A DNA stretch of 64,000 bases, taken from contig CAVWLP010000002.1 in the NCBI GenBank assembly GCA_963755915.1, positions 448,001-512,000 on the forward strand, given 5' to 3'. A model generated the notes under the pieces. That model ran no database searches. It was given only the letters and a program-made list of their open reading frames with translations, and was not told the origin of the DNA. The translations under genes and the position numbers were made by a program. Source of the stretch: an uncultured Phycisphaerales bacterium. Lineage in GTDB: Bacteria > Planctomycetota > Phycisphaerae > Tepidisphaerales > Tepidisphaeraceae. Of the stretch, positions 1-9,171 are shown one piece after another (the stretch's first letter is position 1; each line of letters starts with the position of its first letter).

Positions 1-2
1 GA

Positions 3-374
3 ATCGACCCGGCGCTTCAGGTCGGCCTGGCGGAGGCGACGGTGCTCCTGCGGAGCATTACCAGCTTCGGCGATCCGCGCCTGTACGCACTGGCGAAGGT
101 GGCTGAGCACCTGTCGAAGGCAACCCAGCCACTGGTTCCGGAGCGGGTGTTCATGGGCGGCGCGGCCGGCGAAGGGCAGCAAGGCGGGGCGAATATGCTC
201 AGCACGCTGATCGGGCTGATGGTCGCGGAGAAGAGCGGGTTTGCGATCACTGATAACCCGGAGATGGCGTCATTGAAAGAGATGGCTGAGAAGATGACGA
301 AGCAGGTGATTGATGCGATGGAGGAGAAGGATGGGAACGGGGCGCCGGCGGCGGTGTTGCCGAAGAGGGCTTGA
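3..374 (+). CDS. C-terminal part of a probable SPFH/flotillin-like protein (5' truncated by window edge)
   Basis: Open frame from the window edge reads VGLAEATVLLRSITSFGDPRLYAL...QPLVPERVF, resembling the tails of long bacterial SPFH-domain proteins. The SPFH domain itself is not visible. Confidence 0.5.
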   Translation: MDPALQVGLAEATVLLRSITSFGDPRLYALAKVAEHLSKATQPLVPERVFMGGAAGEGQQGGANMLSTLIGLMVAEKSGFAITDNPEMASLKEMAEKMTKQVIDAMEEKDGNGAPAAVLPKRA

Positions 375-386
375 GTTCAGGTATTG

Positions 387-536
387 AACTGAACAGAACT
401 GAACAAAACTGAACACTTTTTGAATTTTGTTTAGTGGATGCTAGCTTTCTGAAGTGGCGTATGTGCTGGTGGGGGAAGCGGTTGGGGGTGGGGGCCGCGT
501 ATCGGGCGGCGGAGGGAAGGAAAAAGTGTTCAGTTT
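387..536. repeat. Three AACTGAACA direct repeats at 10-bp period plus a perfect 16-bp inverted repeat
   Basis: AACTGAACA at 387, 397 and 407; AAACTGAACACTTTTT (406-421) is the exact reverse complement of AAAAAGTGTTCAGTTT (521-536). Confidence 0.85.
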
Positions 537-639
537 GTAGGATTTTGCTTTTCCGACAAGATTGGCGCGGTTTTCGATGAGGCTGGTGGACTACTCACGA
601 AATGTTTTGTGATCAAAGGTTCCTGGCACGATTCCTCCT

Positions 640-1491
640 ATGACGCAGCCTTCACCGATTAATTGCCCACATTGTGGCTGCCCTGGCGTGTTGGGGCCGG
701 AAGGAATCGGACAAAATGTTCGCTGCGCCCAGTGTGGGAAGAGCTTCATCGCTGGTGCCATGGCGGAGCTTATTGGAACGAACACCGCGCTGATTTCCGG
801 GCCGCGGCAGGGCAACGCAATGGCTACCGCCAGCGTCGTCTGCGGCCTGCTGGGATGTATTCCTTTTGCAAGCGTCCTGGCGATTATTTTTGGCATTATC
901 GGTTTGAGGAAAAGCAAAGACCCGCGCGTCGACCGCAAGGGGTTGGCCATCGCAGGGATTGTGCTGGGCAGTATCGGAATGTTGACGGCGCAACGACTCT
1001 ATTATGATTTTTGGTGGAACATGAGCCAAACGGCTGATCGCGTCAAGTGTGCCAGCAACGTGCGGCAGATCGGCCAAGCGATTCTGGACTACTCCAACAA
1101 TAACATGAGTCGCTATCCACCCGATCTGGGCACACTGATCAAGACCCAAAACATTGCCGTCGGCGATTTCTTGTGTCCGTCAATGCCAGGAGGGTCATCC
1201 GCACCGTCGAATTTCGCACAGATGACCCGCGACCAGCAGGCCCAATGGGTGAACGAACACACAGACTTTATCTATTTGGGGGCGGGCATGAGGCAAGGCG
1301 AGCCCCCGGACACGATCGTACTCTATGAAAAGCAAGTCGAGCAGAACAGCGCTCCTGACCTTGCACTCGGGCCCGATGAAGTGCAAGTGCTCTTTGGCGA
1401 CTTTCACGTGGAAGCCGTTGCTCCAGCGGAAGCCCATCGCCGGATCGAAAGTCAGGAGTACAAAGAGTCCCCGACGACAGTAAGGCCGTAA
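640..1491 (+). CDS. Zinc-ribbon + DUF4190 + DUF1559-like membrane protein
   Basis: N-terminal CPHC...CAQC; DUF4190-like helices (ASVVCGLLG...GLAIAGIVLG); RVKCASNVRQIGQAI..Y and VLFGDFHVE motifs typical of planctomycete DUF1559/H-X9-DG proteins. Confidence 0.75.
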   Translation: MTQPSPINCPHCGCPGVLGPEGIGQNVRCAQCGKSFIAGAMAELIGTNTALISGPRQGNAMATASVVCGLLGCIPFASVLAIIFGIIGLRKSKDPRVDRKGLAIAGIVLGSIGMLTAQRLYYDFWWNMSQTADRVKCASNVRQIGQAILDYSNNNMSRYPPDLGTLIKTQNIAVGDFLCPSMPGGSSAPSNFAQMTRDQQAQWVNEHTDFIYLGAGMRQGEPPDTIVLYEKQVEQNSAPDLALGPDEVQVLFGDFHVEAVAPAEAHRRIESQEYKESPTTVRP

Positions 1492-1614
1492 ATGGGGGCT
1501 GGGTATCGTGTGGGGAAGCAGAGGCTTTGTCGGGTGGATCGGGTGCGAAGGGATAAGGGAGTGGCCCTTGAACAGTTGAGCACTAAAACCGGCATCGGGC
1601 GGTACAATTCCGGA

Positions 1615-2271
1615 ATGGCGATAGATGCGATTTGTGTGGAGGGGTATCGGTCGGTGAGGCATGTCTATCTGTCGCTGGGGCGAGTGAACGTGATTGTGGG
1701 GGCGAATGCGACGGGGAAGACGAATCTTTACCGGGCGCTTTACTTTTTGCATCGAGCGGCGGCGGGGTCGCTGGCGCGGGCAATGGCGGAGGAGGGAGGG
1801 ATGCCATCGATTTTGTGGGCGGGGGCGCGGAGGGAAGGGGCGGTCAGGATGTGCGTTGCGGTTAGGACGGGGGATTTTTCGTATCACTTGGAGTGCGGAT
1901 TGCCGACACCGGAGTCGTCGCTGTTTCATCTGGATCCTGAGGTGAAGGAGGAGAATATTTTTCTGCATCGCGGAGGGAAGAAGGTGCAATTGCTGGGGCG
2001 GAAGAAGGCGGCGCTGCTTTCGCCGCGGCCGCCGGAATTGATCGCGCTGAATGAGCCGGAGGCTTCGATTCATCCGGATTTGCTGGGGGCACTGGGGGGG
2101 CTGATCGTCAAGGCGTCGGCGCGGACGCAGCTTTGGATTACGACGCATTCGATGCAGCTTGCGGAGAAGGTGCGCGGGCAGGCGGAATGTCGTCTGGTTC
2201 AGCTTGAGAAGGTGGATGGGGAGACGCGGGTTTTGGGGCAGTCGGAACTGGAGCGGGCGATGGAAGTTTGA
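1615..2271 (+). CDS. AAA/ABC-type ATPase (COG4637-like), apparently internally deleted
   Basis: MAIDAICVEGYRS start, Walker A GANATGKT, Walker B-like IALNEPEASIHP, H-loop ITTHS; only 218 aa and no LSDG-type signature. Confidence 0.7.
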   Translation: MAIDAICVEGYRSVRHVYLSLGRVNVIVGANATGKTNLYRALYFLHRAAAGSLARAMAEEGGMPSILWAGARREGAVRMCVAVRTGDFSYHLECGLPTPESSLFHLDPEVKEENIFLHRGGKKVQLLGRKKAALLSPRPPELIALNEPEASIHPDLLGALGGLIVKASARTQLWITTHSMQLAEKVRGQAECRLVQLEKVDGETRVLGQSELERAMEV

Positions 2272-2392
2272 GGGGAAAGGGGGTGTGTTCAATTAGACGA
2301 GTCTTTCATTTCGTTCGATTGTTTTGATGACGGAATCGCAAGGTGGGGTTAGAGCAGTAGAGCAGTAGAAAGTTAAGCCGTAGAGGAAGAGC

Positions 2393-3931
2393 TCAATTCT
2401 TCCAGATGGAATCGATGGGGTGATCGTAAGTGACGGCGATCACGGTGTCGGCCGGAGAAAGAGTGCGGTCGATCTGGTGGATATGGATTGCGGCGAAAGC
2501 TTCCGCCGGTGAGGAGTCCGGCGGCACCTGCACTCTGGAATCGTACGGAAGATAGTTGCCCGAGAAGACCTCGTAGACGCGCGTGGGATGAAGATCTCCG
2601 AGCGCGGGCACGGTGAAATCGGTTCCTTGATAGGCCTTGAGGATGTGGATGAAGATTGTGGATCCCTTAAAGCAATACCCGAATTGGCGATCGACGGGTT
2701 GCCAGGGACCGGCACGGGTGTTGTAGATGGAGTCGGCGGTTTTTTGGAGCCAGGCGCCTACTTCCAATAGGCGCTGCTGCTCGAGGGCGGGGATGTTGCC
2801 GTGACAATCGGGGGAGACGTTGGCGAGCAGGACCATGTTGCGGATGACGCAGTCGGCGAGGTAGGTGATGATCTGATCCGCGGTCATGACTTTTCCATCG
2901 GCGATGGCCTCGGCGTTGTAGCCCCAAGCGGCGGGCTGGATCGTCAGGCATTTTTCGTAGATTTGTCTGCTGCGAATGGGGCCGGTGATGGGGCGTGGGC
3001 CTTCTTCTTCGAGGATGTCGCCGATCCAGCCGTAGCGGGAGTTGGCGATGGCATCGGGCTGGTATTTGCGGACCATGCCCATGATGCCAAGAGGTTTGCC
3101 GGTGGCAGGATCGAAGTCCTGATATTTCTTGTCGATGGGCCAGGGGTTTTGGGGGCTGAGGAATTGGCCGGGTTCGTGGAAGAAGGCGGCGTCCGCGTCT
3201 GAGCCGCGGAGGCCGAGCCAGCCGCCGTCCCAGAAGATCTCATCGATTTTTCCGTTGCGGGTGAGGAGGGTTTTGACGTTGACGTAGTTTTCTTCCTTCA
3301 TGAGGCGGGCGTTTTCACGGTGGGAGGGATTGGCAGTAAAGCCGAAGGGATTGGGGAGACAGTTTGTGCCGGTCCAGTCGAAGTAGCCGGGGTAGCGCCA
3401 GCTCAGAGGAGAATAGTAGACGCCGACTTTCAGGCCGGCAGCCCGGACGGCCTGAACGTACTCGCCGAAGAGATCGCGGTGGAGGGTTTGCAGGGAGGTG
3501 AAAGCGGTTGGAAAGGGGGAGTCGAAGAGGCAGAAGCCTTCGTGGTGACGGGCGGTGAGGGTGATCCATTTCATGCCGGCGGACTTCGCGAGGGCGGCCC
3601 ACTGGTCGGGGTGGTAGTTGGCGGCGTCGAAAAAGTCGCGACTGGGAGCGGGGTAGGCAAACTGCTGGTAGACATCGGGAAGGATTCCGGATTTTTCCAT
3701 GAACCATTCCCCGCGCGCGGGGACGGAGTAGAGGCCCCAGTGGACGAACATTCCGAACTTGGCGTTGAGGAGCCAATTGAGCTTCTCATTGGGAAGCTGG
3801 GTGATGCCGAATTCTGATTGCGGCTCGCGTGCGGGTAACGGCTGAGGGATTGTGGAGGAGAGAGCGGGAACAGGGAAGCAGGCGAGCAGTAGAAGGGTCA
3901 AAGGGGAAAAGAGGAAATCCGGTAGTTTCAT
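2393..3931 (-). CDS. Alpha-L-fucosidase (GH29), secreted
   Basis: Signal peptide; AKFGMFVHWGLYS, TARHHEGFCLF, GLKVGVYYS and FWDGG nucleophile motif. Confidence 0.9.
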   Translation of the reverse strand: MKLPDFLFSPLTLLLLACFPVPALSSTIPQPLPAREPQSEFGITQLPNEKLNWLLNAKFGMFVHWGLYSVPARGEWFMEKSGILPDVYQQFAYPAPSRDFFDAANYHPDQWAALAKSAGMKWITLTARHHEGFCLFDSPFPTAFTSLQTLHRDLFGEYVQAVRAAGLKVGVYYSPLSWRYPGYFDWTGTNCLPNPFGFTANPSHRENARLMKEENYVNVKTLLTRNGKIDEIFWDGGWLGLRGSDADAAFFHEPGQFLSPQNPWPIDKKYQDFDPATGKPLGIMGMVRKYQPDAIANSRYGWIGDILEEEGPRPITGPIRSRQIYEKCLTIQPAAWGYNAEAIADGKVMTADQIITYLADCVIRNMVLLANVSPDCHGNIPALEQQRLLEVGAWLQKTADSIYNTRAGPWQPVDRQFGYCFKGSTIFIHILKAYQGTDFTVPALGDLHPTRVYEVFSGNYLPYDSRVQVPPDSSPAEAFAAIHIHQIDRTLSPADTVIAVTYDHPIDSIWKN

Positions 3932-4024
3932 TTTTGGGGGAGATCGTAGGGAATTTGGAGGCGGAATTGTAGTGGGGCTCCGCCCTACCTCCTTCTCCAC
4001 CGCGAGGCCCAGCAGATCGCCGAG

Positions 4025-4549
4025 CTATTTCTGATTTCGTGCGGCGCGGAACAGGTCGTGGGTGGCCTGGAGGTAGAAGACGAGGAAGATGCCGGAGCCG
4101 AGGCGGACGGAGTCGCGGCGAAACGCGTCGTATTGCTGCTGGGAAATGCGGTCAGGTGCGCGGCCGTGGCCGGGGTCGGCGACGTAGACGTTCGGGGAGG
4201 GGTGGGATAGCGTGCCTCCGGTCGGCTGGAAGAGGAGGTCGGCGGCAAGCAGCACGGCGTAGATGGTGACGAGGGCGAGCAGAAAGCGGAACCAGAGCGG
4301 CCGGTCATTCGGCTGGTTGGGGGGAGGGTTGATCGAGCCGGTTTTGCGGTATTGAAGGAGGAGCACGGAGCCGACGACTACCGCGAAGAGAGTGTAGTAA
4401 AGGGTGAGGGCCAGCCACTCGGGGCGGAGCCAATCCTGGGGGTTGAAGCCGAGGGTTGCGGCGACGTGGATGAGGAGGTCGAGGAGCAGGCCGAAAAGAG
4501 CGAGGAGGGCGAGAGGCCACATTCTTCGGATTATAACCGGGCGGGACAT
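4025..4549 (-). CDS. Hypothetical membrane protein
   Basis: 174 aa ORF with 3-4 hydrophobic segments; codon style matches neighbours. Confidence 0.6.
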   Translation of the reverse strand: MSRPVIIRRMWPLALLALFGLLLDLLIHVAATLGFNPQDWLRPEWLALTLYYTLFAVVVGSVLLLQYRKTGSINPPPNQPNDRPLWFRFLLALVTIYAVLLAADLLFQPTGGTLSHPSPNVYVADPGHGRAPDRISQQQYDAFRRDSVRLGSGIFLVFYLQATHDLFRAARNQK

Positions 4550-4724
4550 TGCAGACGGTTATAGGGAGCGGTTTAGAATATATGGGCTTCGAGGGATCTC
4601 CGCGAGATGGGATTGCCCGCGGTGCGCCGTAAAGAAGCGGTGTCCCGAGTGCGGAGGGGAGATCGCCAGCGATTTCAGAGGGCCGCCTTACAAATCGAAT
4701 TGAGAGATGCTTGTGACGATTTTT

Positions 4725-5492
4725 TTAATGGCTTCTGCGCCGCCGCACCAATAAACATGTGCCGGCGAATGCAAGTGCGAGCGTGGAGGGCTCGGGAACC
4801 GCACTGACGGCGCCGGTGATTCCGAATCCTGTCCAGGAGCTGTCCGCACCGCCAGTTGGCGCGTACAGTGATGAGCTCACGGATAACGTGTAGGTGGGAC
4901 CCGGCTGAAGAACAGTCGCGAAGGAAACGGTGGTAAAAATCGAGTCACTGGGCGTGGAGGCAGATTCGCTCTGCTGAAAGACGGGATTTAATTGTCCGCT
5001 CTCCGTGAGTTCGACGGTCACGTTTATCGTGGGGGTCTCGTCATAATCGAGGTCAACCACATTCAGCGGGCCGCTGAGGGTGAACAACTGGGCAGTTGAA
5101 TCCGTGAAGCTGACAGAAGTATTTGCAGTCCCCTGATCGGTGCCATCCGTCTGGGTCTCGCTGCCAGTGCCGCCTTCCTCATAGACCATCGAGCTGGACG
5201 TGGTGTTCGAGTCGTCGGACTCTACACTCATCATATCGTTTTCGGCATAGGGGTCGCCGTATTCCTGTGGCGGCTCTGAGGTGAGCGAGGCCGTGGACTG
5301 TGCGTTGGACCCGCCGCCGGCGCTATTGGTATTGCCGTAATAGTCGGTGACCATCGCGGACTCGCTGCCGGAAGCAGTTGTAATGCTCAGGTCGCCCTTG
5401 GCGCGATGGCAGCAAAAAACGGCAAGTATTGCCGCAGTTGGCACAACAACCTGCTTCGACAATCCAACGGTTTTTTCGGGACCCCTGAGCAT
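4725..5492 (-). CDS. PEP-CTERM sorting domain protein, Ser/Thr-rich
   Basis: GGAGG before ATG at 5492; signal peptide; C-terminal VPEPSTLALAFAGTCLLVRRRRSH. Confidence 0.9.
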   Translation of the reverse strand: MLRGPEKTVGLSKQVVVPTAAILAVFCCHRAKGDLSITTASGSESAMVTDYYGNTNSAGGGSNAQSTASLTSEPPQEYGDPYAENDMMSVESDDSNTTSSSMVYEEGGTGSETQTDGTDQGTANTSVSFTDSTAQLFTLSGPLNVVDLDYDETPTINVTVELTESGQLNPVFQQSESASTPSDSIFTTVSFATVLQPGPTYTLSVSSSLYAPTGGADSSWTGFGITGAVSAVPEPSTLALAFAGTCLLVRRRRSH

Positions 5493-5758
5493 AGCCGCCT
5501 CCAATTCACGCGAGTGAACTCCACGCGAGCGCCAAGCTACCGATGCAATAAATAATTTGTCAAGAATAAAGGCGTTTTGCGGGGGAAAATTAATAAATTG
5601 ACAATCGCATTGTGGAGCACATCTCTTTCGCGTCTTGCGCCGTCGCCGAAACTTCGCTGCCGACGATCCGTGTTTGACCATAAGAATCGGATGGCCTGCG
5701 TTCGCCGGGCGATGAATAATGCTCCTGACCGACCCAGCCCCTATGTCAGGTTGCTCGC

Positions 5759-6736
5759 GTGACAAAACTTTCTCAAAAATCTCCGTTCGTAACGTCGATT
5801 GTTCTGCTGTTGCTGCTGATTGACGCGGGATGCATGGCCCAGGTTTCCGCAGCGCGTGGCCGCGATTGGCCGGCAATGGGGAAATCAGCCGGCTCAACTG
5901 GCGCCGCCGCCGCAATCAACGGATTACCGGTTCAACAATCGACGGCCACGCCGTTCGTTCCGTCCGAGGCGCAACGAGAGACACAGGCTTTGGTGGATCG
6001 CTTTTTGAATGCACTTTTCCAGATCAATCCGTCGCAGTGGTTCGGAATCGGAGTGCTGCTCGCACTGCTGCTCTTCTACAATCTCGAAAACCGCTCGCCG
6101 ATTTTCATTCTTGCGTTTGCCTTAGCCTGCGGGATGGGATCGGTCTATGGGTTTCTGCAGGGCTCCGGGCTGATCGCGGCCGGGGGAATCGTTGCGGGGA
6201 TTTTCGCGCTGAGGAAATTCTGGCAGGAAATCAAATCCTGGAATGGAATTTTGCTGCGGAGCGACTATCTGGTGCTGGCATGGATCGTGCGCACGATCGC
6301 GCTGCTGGCGGTTTTGGCCGGGGTGAATCAATTGCTGGTGGACTCGCCCCTCGCGGCACGCTTGCCGATGAGGATCGATCGCGCTACCGCGGAAGCATTG
6401 CCGTTGCTCTTCGTGGGGATCGCCTATCTCGCCTGGCTGGCGACGGAGCGCCCGGGTGCGATCGACCTGATCAAGCAGTTGCTCATCGCCCTGGCCTTTA
6501 TCCTGTGGGGAGTGAGCCTGCTGATGCCGCCTGGCCAGTCGGCAACGCTGCTGGGGGCGGTGGTGATCGCGATCTATGTTTTCGACCTGGCCTGGATGAT
6601 CGAGGGAAACTTGCGGAAAAAGCTGCGGTCGGATGTGGATCGTCAATTGTGGCGCGGGCCGGCGACGGGCGTGGGCTCGTGGCCCGAGAGCTCTTCTTTA
6701 AGCCTGGGCGGCCGGCGGGAAAAGGCGGCCAGTTAA
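5759..6736 (+). CDS. Hypothetical multi-pass membrane protein
   Basis: 325 aa ORF with a signal-like N-terminus and about 7 hydrophobic helices. Confidence 0.65.
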   Translation: MTKLSQKSPFVTSIVLLLLLIDAGCMAQVSAARGRDWPAMGKSAGSTGAAAAINGLPVQQSTATPFVPSEAQRETQALVDRFLNALFQINPSQWFGIGVLLALLLFYNLENRSPIFILAFALACGMGSVYGFLQGSGLIAAGGIVAGIFALRKFWQEIKSWNGILLRSDYLVLAWIVRTIALLAVLAGVNQLLVDSPLAARLPMRIDRATAEALPLLFVGIAYLAWLATERPGAIDLIKQLLIALAFILWGVSLLMPPGQSATLLGAVVIAIYVFDLAWMIEGNLRKKLRSDVDRQLWRGPATGVGSWPESSSLSLGGRREKAAS

Positions 6737-6738
6737 TG

Positions 6739-7590
6739 TCATCGAAGCCAGTTCCATACCCTTGCCTCAAAAACTCTACGTCGTAAATCGGCACGCATTC
6801 CGGCCAGGATGGGATCTTCGTCCTCGCATCGCTTAATGGCCGAAGTCCATCCTGCCGGCGTCTCCGCCCGGCGCGTGATCTTCGCCTGTGGAAATTCACG
6901 GCGAAGGTTTTCCACGAGTGCCGGCCGCCCGTTGCCAGAGGCCACAGAACAAATGCTTCTGGGGGTTGAGGCAATCAAAACGCTGCCTCGGCGGGAATTC
7001 AGCACGCGATAGGCGATCTCAACCCCGCAGCCGCCGCGGCAGTAAACCCCCGGCGTCATGCCGATCCGTCGGCCGGCCCCTTCATACAGTGCCCGCCCGG
7101 AACCGAAACCGGCCCGATGGCCGGCAACGCCGATCGGTATTCCCTCGCGTAAAAAACTTTTGAACCGGTCCCATCGCCGAATGTTACAGAATTCTTTCGG
7201 CGACATGCCGACGATCCGCTTGAAAACCTGATGCAGATAGTTGGGGCTTAAGCCGCTCACCCGCGACAAGGTGCTCAGCGGGTTGGGTTGCTCGACGTGA
7301 GTCTCGATCCATTCCAGCGTTCGTTGAATCCCGCGCTCCGTCTGCGAGAGAGCATTGCCCCTGGGGTGACAGCGCAGGCACGCCGTAAATCCTTCACGCT
7401 CGGCCTCGGCGTCGGTGGCGAAAATCAGGGTATTTCGACGACGCGGATGTCGAGCCGGACAGGAAGGCCGACAATAGATCCCGGTTGTCAAAGCGGCGTA
7501 AACAAATTTGCCGTCGAAGCGGCGATCGCGCTTTAGTATGGCCTTCCAGGACAAATTGCTGATGGGGATTTGCCTGATTGAACCGGGCAT
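6739..7590 (-). CDS. Ada-family methylphosphotriester-DNA alkyltransferase / AraC regulator lacking the C-terminal O6-methylguanine transferase active site
   Basis: RDRRFDGKFVYA..TTGIYCRPSCPAR and CLRC zinc ligands; AraC HTH (GLSPNYLHQVFKRIVGMSPKEF); no PCHR motif. Confidence 0.85.
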   Translation of the reverse strand: MPGSIRQIPISNLSWKAILKRDRRFDGKFVYAALTTGIYCRPSCPARHPRRRNTLIFATDAEAEREGFTACLRCHPRGNALSQTERGIQRTLEWIETHVEQPNPLSTLSRVSGLSPNYLHQVFKRIVGMSPKEFCNIRRWDRFKSFLREGIPIGVAGHRAGFGSGRALYEGAGRRIGMTPGVYCRGGCGVEIAYRVLNSRRGSVLIASTPRSICSVASGNGRPALVENLRREFPQAKITRRAETPAGWTSAIKRCEDEDPILAGMRADLRRRVFEARVWNWLR

Positions 7591-7635
7591 GACTTGCCAG
7601 TTTCAAATCTCAACGGGGCTGCGACTAAAACAAAT

Positions 7636-8931
7636 TCAAATCTCCAGCATCAACCGCGAGGGGTCTTCCAGGAATTGTTTGACCCGGACGAGGAAGCTGA
7701 CCGATTCGCGGCCGTCGACGAGGCGGTGGTCGTAGCTGAGGGCGAGATACATCATCGAGCGGATTTCGATTTTGTCGTTGACGACCACGGGGCGTTTTTG
7801 GATGGCGTGCATGCCGAGGATGCCGCTTTGCGGGGGATTCAGGATCGGGGTGCTGAGCAGCGAGCCGAAGATTCCGCCGTTGGTGATGGTGAAGGTGCCG
7901 CCGGAGAGTTCTTCGAGCGAGAGCTTGCCGTCGCGGGTAGCGGCGGCGAGGCGTTTGATTTCGGTTTCGATCTTGGCGAAGGACATCTTCTCGGCGTTGC
8001 GGAGGATGGGGACGGCCAGTCCGCGGTCGGTGCTGACGGCGATGCCGAGGTTGACGTACTGGTGGTAAACGACGTTGTCGCCCTCGAGAAAGGCATTGAC
8101 GCGGGGGAATTCCTTGAGGGCGAGGATGCAGGCGCGGGCGAAGAAGCTCATGAACCCGAGGCCGACGCCGTGCACTTCCTGGAAGCGCTCCTTGAAGCGG
8201 TTGCGCAGCTCGATGACGGCGGTGAGATCAACCTCGTTGAAAGTTGTCAGGATCGCCGCGGTCTGCTGGGCGAGGAGCAAAGTTTCGGCGATTCGCTTGC
8301 GGATTTTGCTCATCGGGACGCGGGCGATGCCGGAGCTGTCGTAGACGATGGTTTCGCCGGCGGGAGAGGCCGCCGGGGCGGCAGGTTCTTTTTTGGCGGG
8401 TGGGATTGCCGGCGGGAACGGGAATGAGGGGGGTGCCGTGGGAGGCGGAGGCATTGGCGATGAGCGTTTCTGGAGGTACGCCTCTACGTCTTCGCGAGTG
8501 AGGCGGCCGCCGGGGCCGGTGGCGGGGATGGGCTTGGGATCGAGATTGTTTTCGGAAAGAAGTCGGCGGACGGCGGGGCTGAAGTCTTCGGGTAATTGGG
8601 CGGATTGCAGGGCGGCAGAAGGCGGAGCGGATTCCGCGGGCTTGGGAGCGGCAGATTTCGTGGGGACGGGCGGGGGAGTTCTTAAGGCGCCGGCGGCGCT
8701 GGGGTCGATTTCGGCGATGACTTCGCCGACGTCGACCATCTCGCCTTCGCGTTTTTTGGGGTGGATGACTCCGGCGGCGTCGGCAGGGATGTCGACGTTG
8801 GCCTTGTCGCTTTCCAACTCGCAGATGGGCTCATCGACGTTGACGGTCTGGCCGTCCTGTTTGTGCCATTTGAGGAGCTTGGCTTGTTTGACGGATTCGC
8901 CGAGGCCGGGGACTTTTACTTGGATTGGCAT
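7636..8931 (-). CDS. sucB: 2-oxoglutarate dehydrogenase E2, dihydrolipoyllysine succinyltransferase
   Basis: Lipoyl domain ([11 protein letters not shown]), E3-binding domain ([12 protein letters not shown]), catalytic [13 protein letters not shown]; follows sucA. Confidence 0.96.
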   Translation of the reverse strand: MPIQVKVPGLGESVKQAKLLKWHKQDGQTVNVDEPICELESDKANVDIPADAAGVIHPKKREGEMVDVGEVIAEIDPSAAGALRTPPPVPTKSAAPKPAESAPPSAALQSAQLPEDFSPAVRRLLSENNLDPKPIPATGPGGRLTREDVEAYLQKRSSPMPPPPTAPPSFPFPPAIPPAKKEPAAPAASPAGETIVYDSSGIARVPMSKIRKRIAETLLLAQQTAAILTTFNEVDLTAVIELRNRFKERFQEVHGVGLGFMSFFARACILALKEFPRVNAFLEGDNVVYHQYVNLGIAVSTDRGLAVPILRNAEKMSFAKIETEIKRLAAATRDGKLSLEELSGGTFTITNGGIFGSLLSTPILNPPQSGILGMHAIQKRPVVVNDKIEIRSMMYLALSYDHRLVDGRESVSFLVRVKQFLEDPSRLMLEI

Positions 8932-8953
8932 TGTTTACCTATGATAGCCGGGG

Positions 8954-9160
8954 GAAACTCGAAATTCGAAATTCGGAGGCGCGGACGCCTCCGGGCGCAC
9001 TCGCCGATTACGGCCCGGAGCCGTCGGCGGCTCCGACGAATCAAATTCGAAATTCGAAGACCCCCACCCTCACCCTCCCCCGGAGTACCAGGGGAGGGGA
9101 TAATTCGAGTTTTAATCATTCGAGTTTGATTCGTCATTCGAATTTCGAGTTTCGAATTTC
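8954..9160. repeat. Composite intergenic palindrome: heptamer-built arms with an inserted double hairpin and a REP-like hairpin
   Basis: GAAATTC/GAAACTC units on the left mirrored by GAATTTC/GAGTTTC on the right; hairpins CGGAGGCG-cgga-CGCCTCCG and CGGAGCCG-tcgg-CGGCTCCG; REP-like copy at about 9061-9099. Confidence 0.8.
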
Positions 9161-9171
9161 CGCGGAGGCGA

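Noticed and set aside
2350-2372. TAGAGCAG short tandem repeat
   Set aside because: Only about 2.5 copies; too little to interpret.
4600-4703. CPRC...CPECG zinc-ribbon-like peptide on the plus strand
   Set aside because: No credible start and very short; possible gene remnant but unsupported.
7594-8944. Long plus-strand ORFs opposite sucB
   Set aside because: Antisense shadows of a well-supported high-GC gene.
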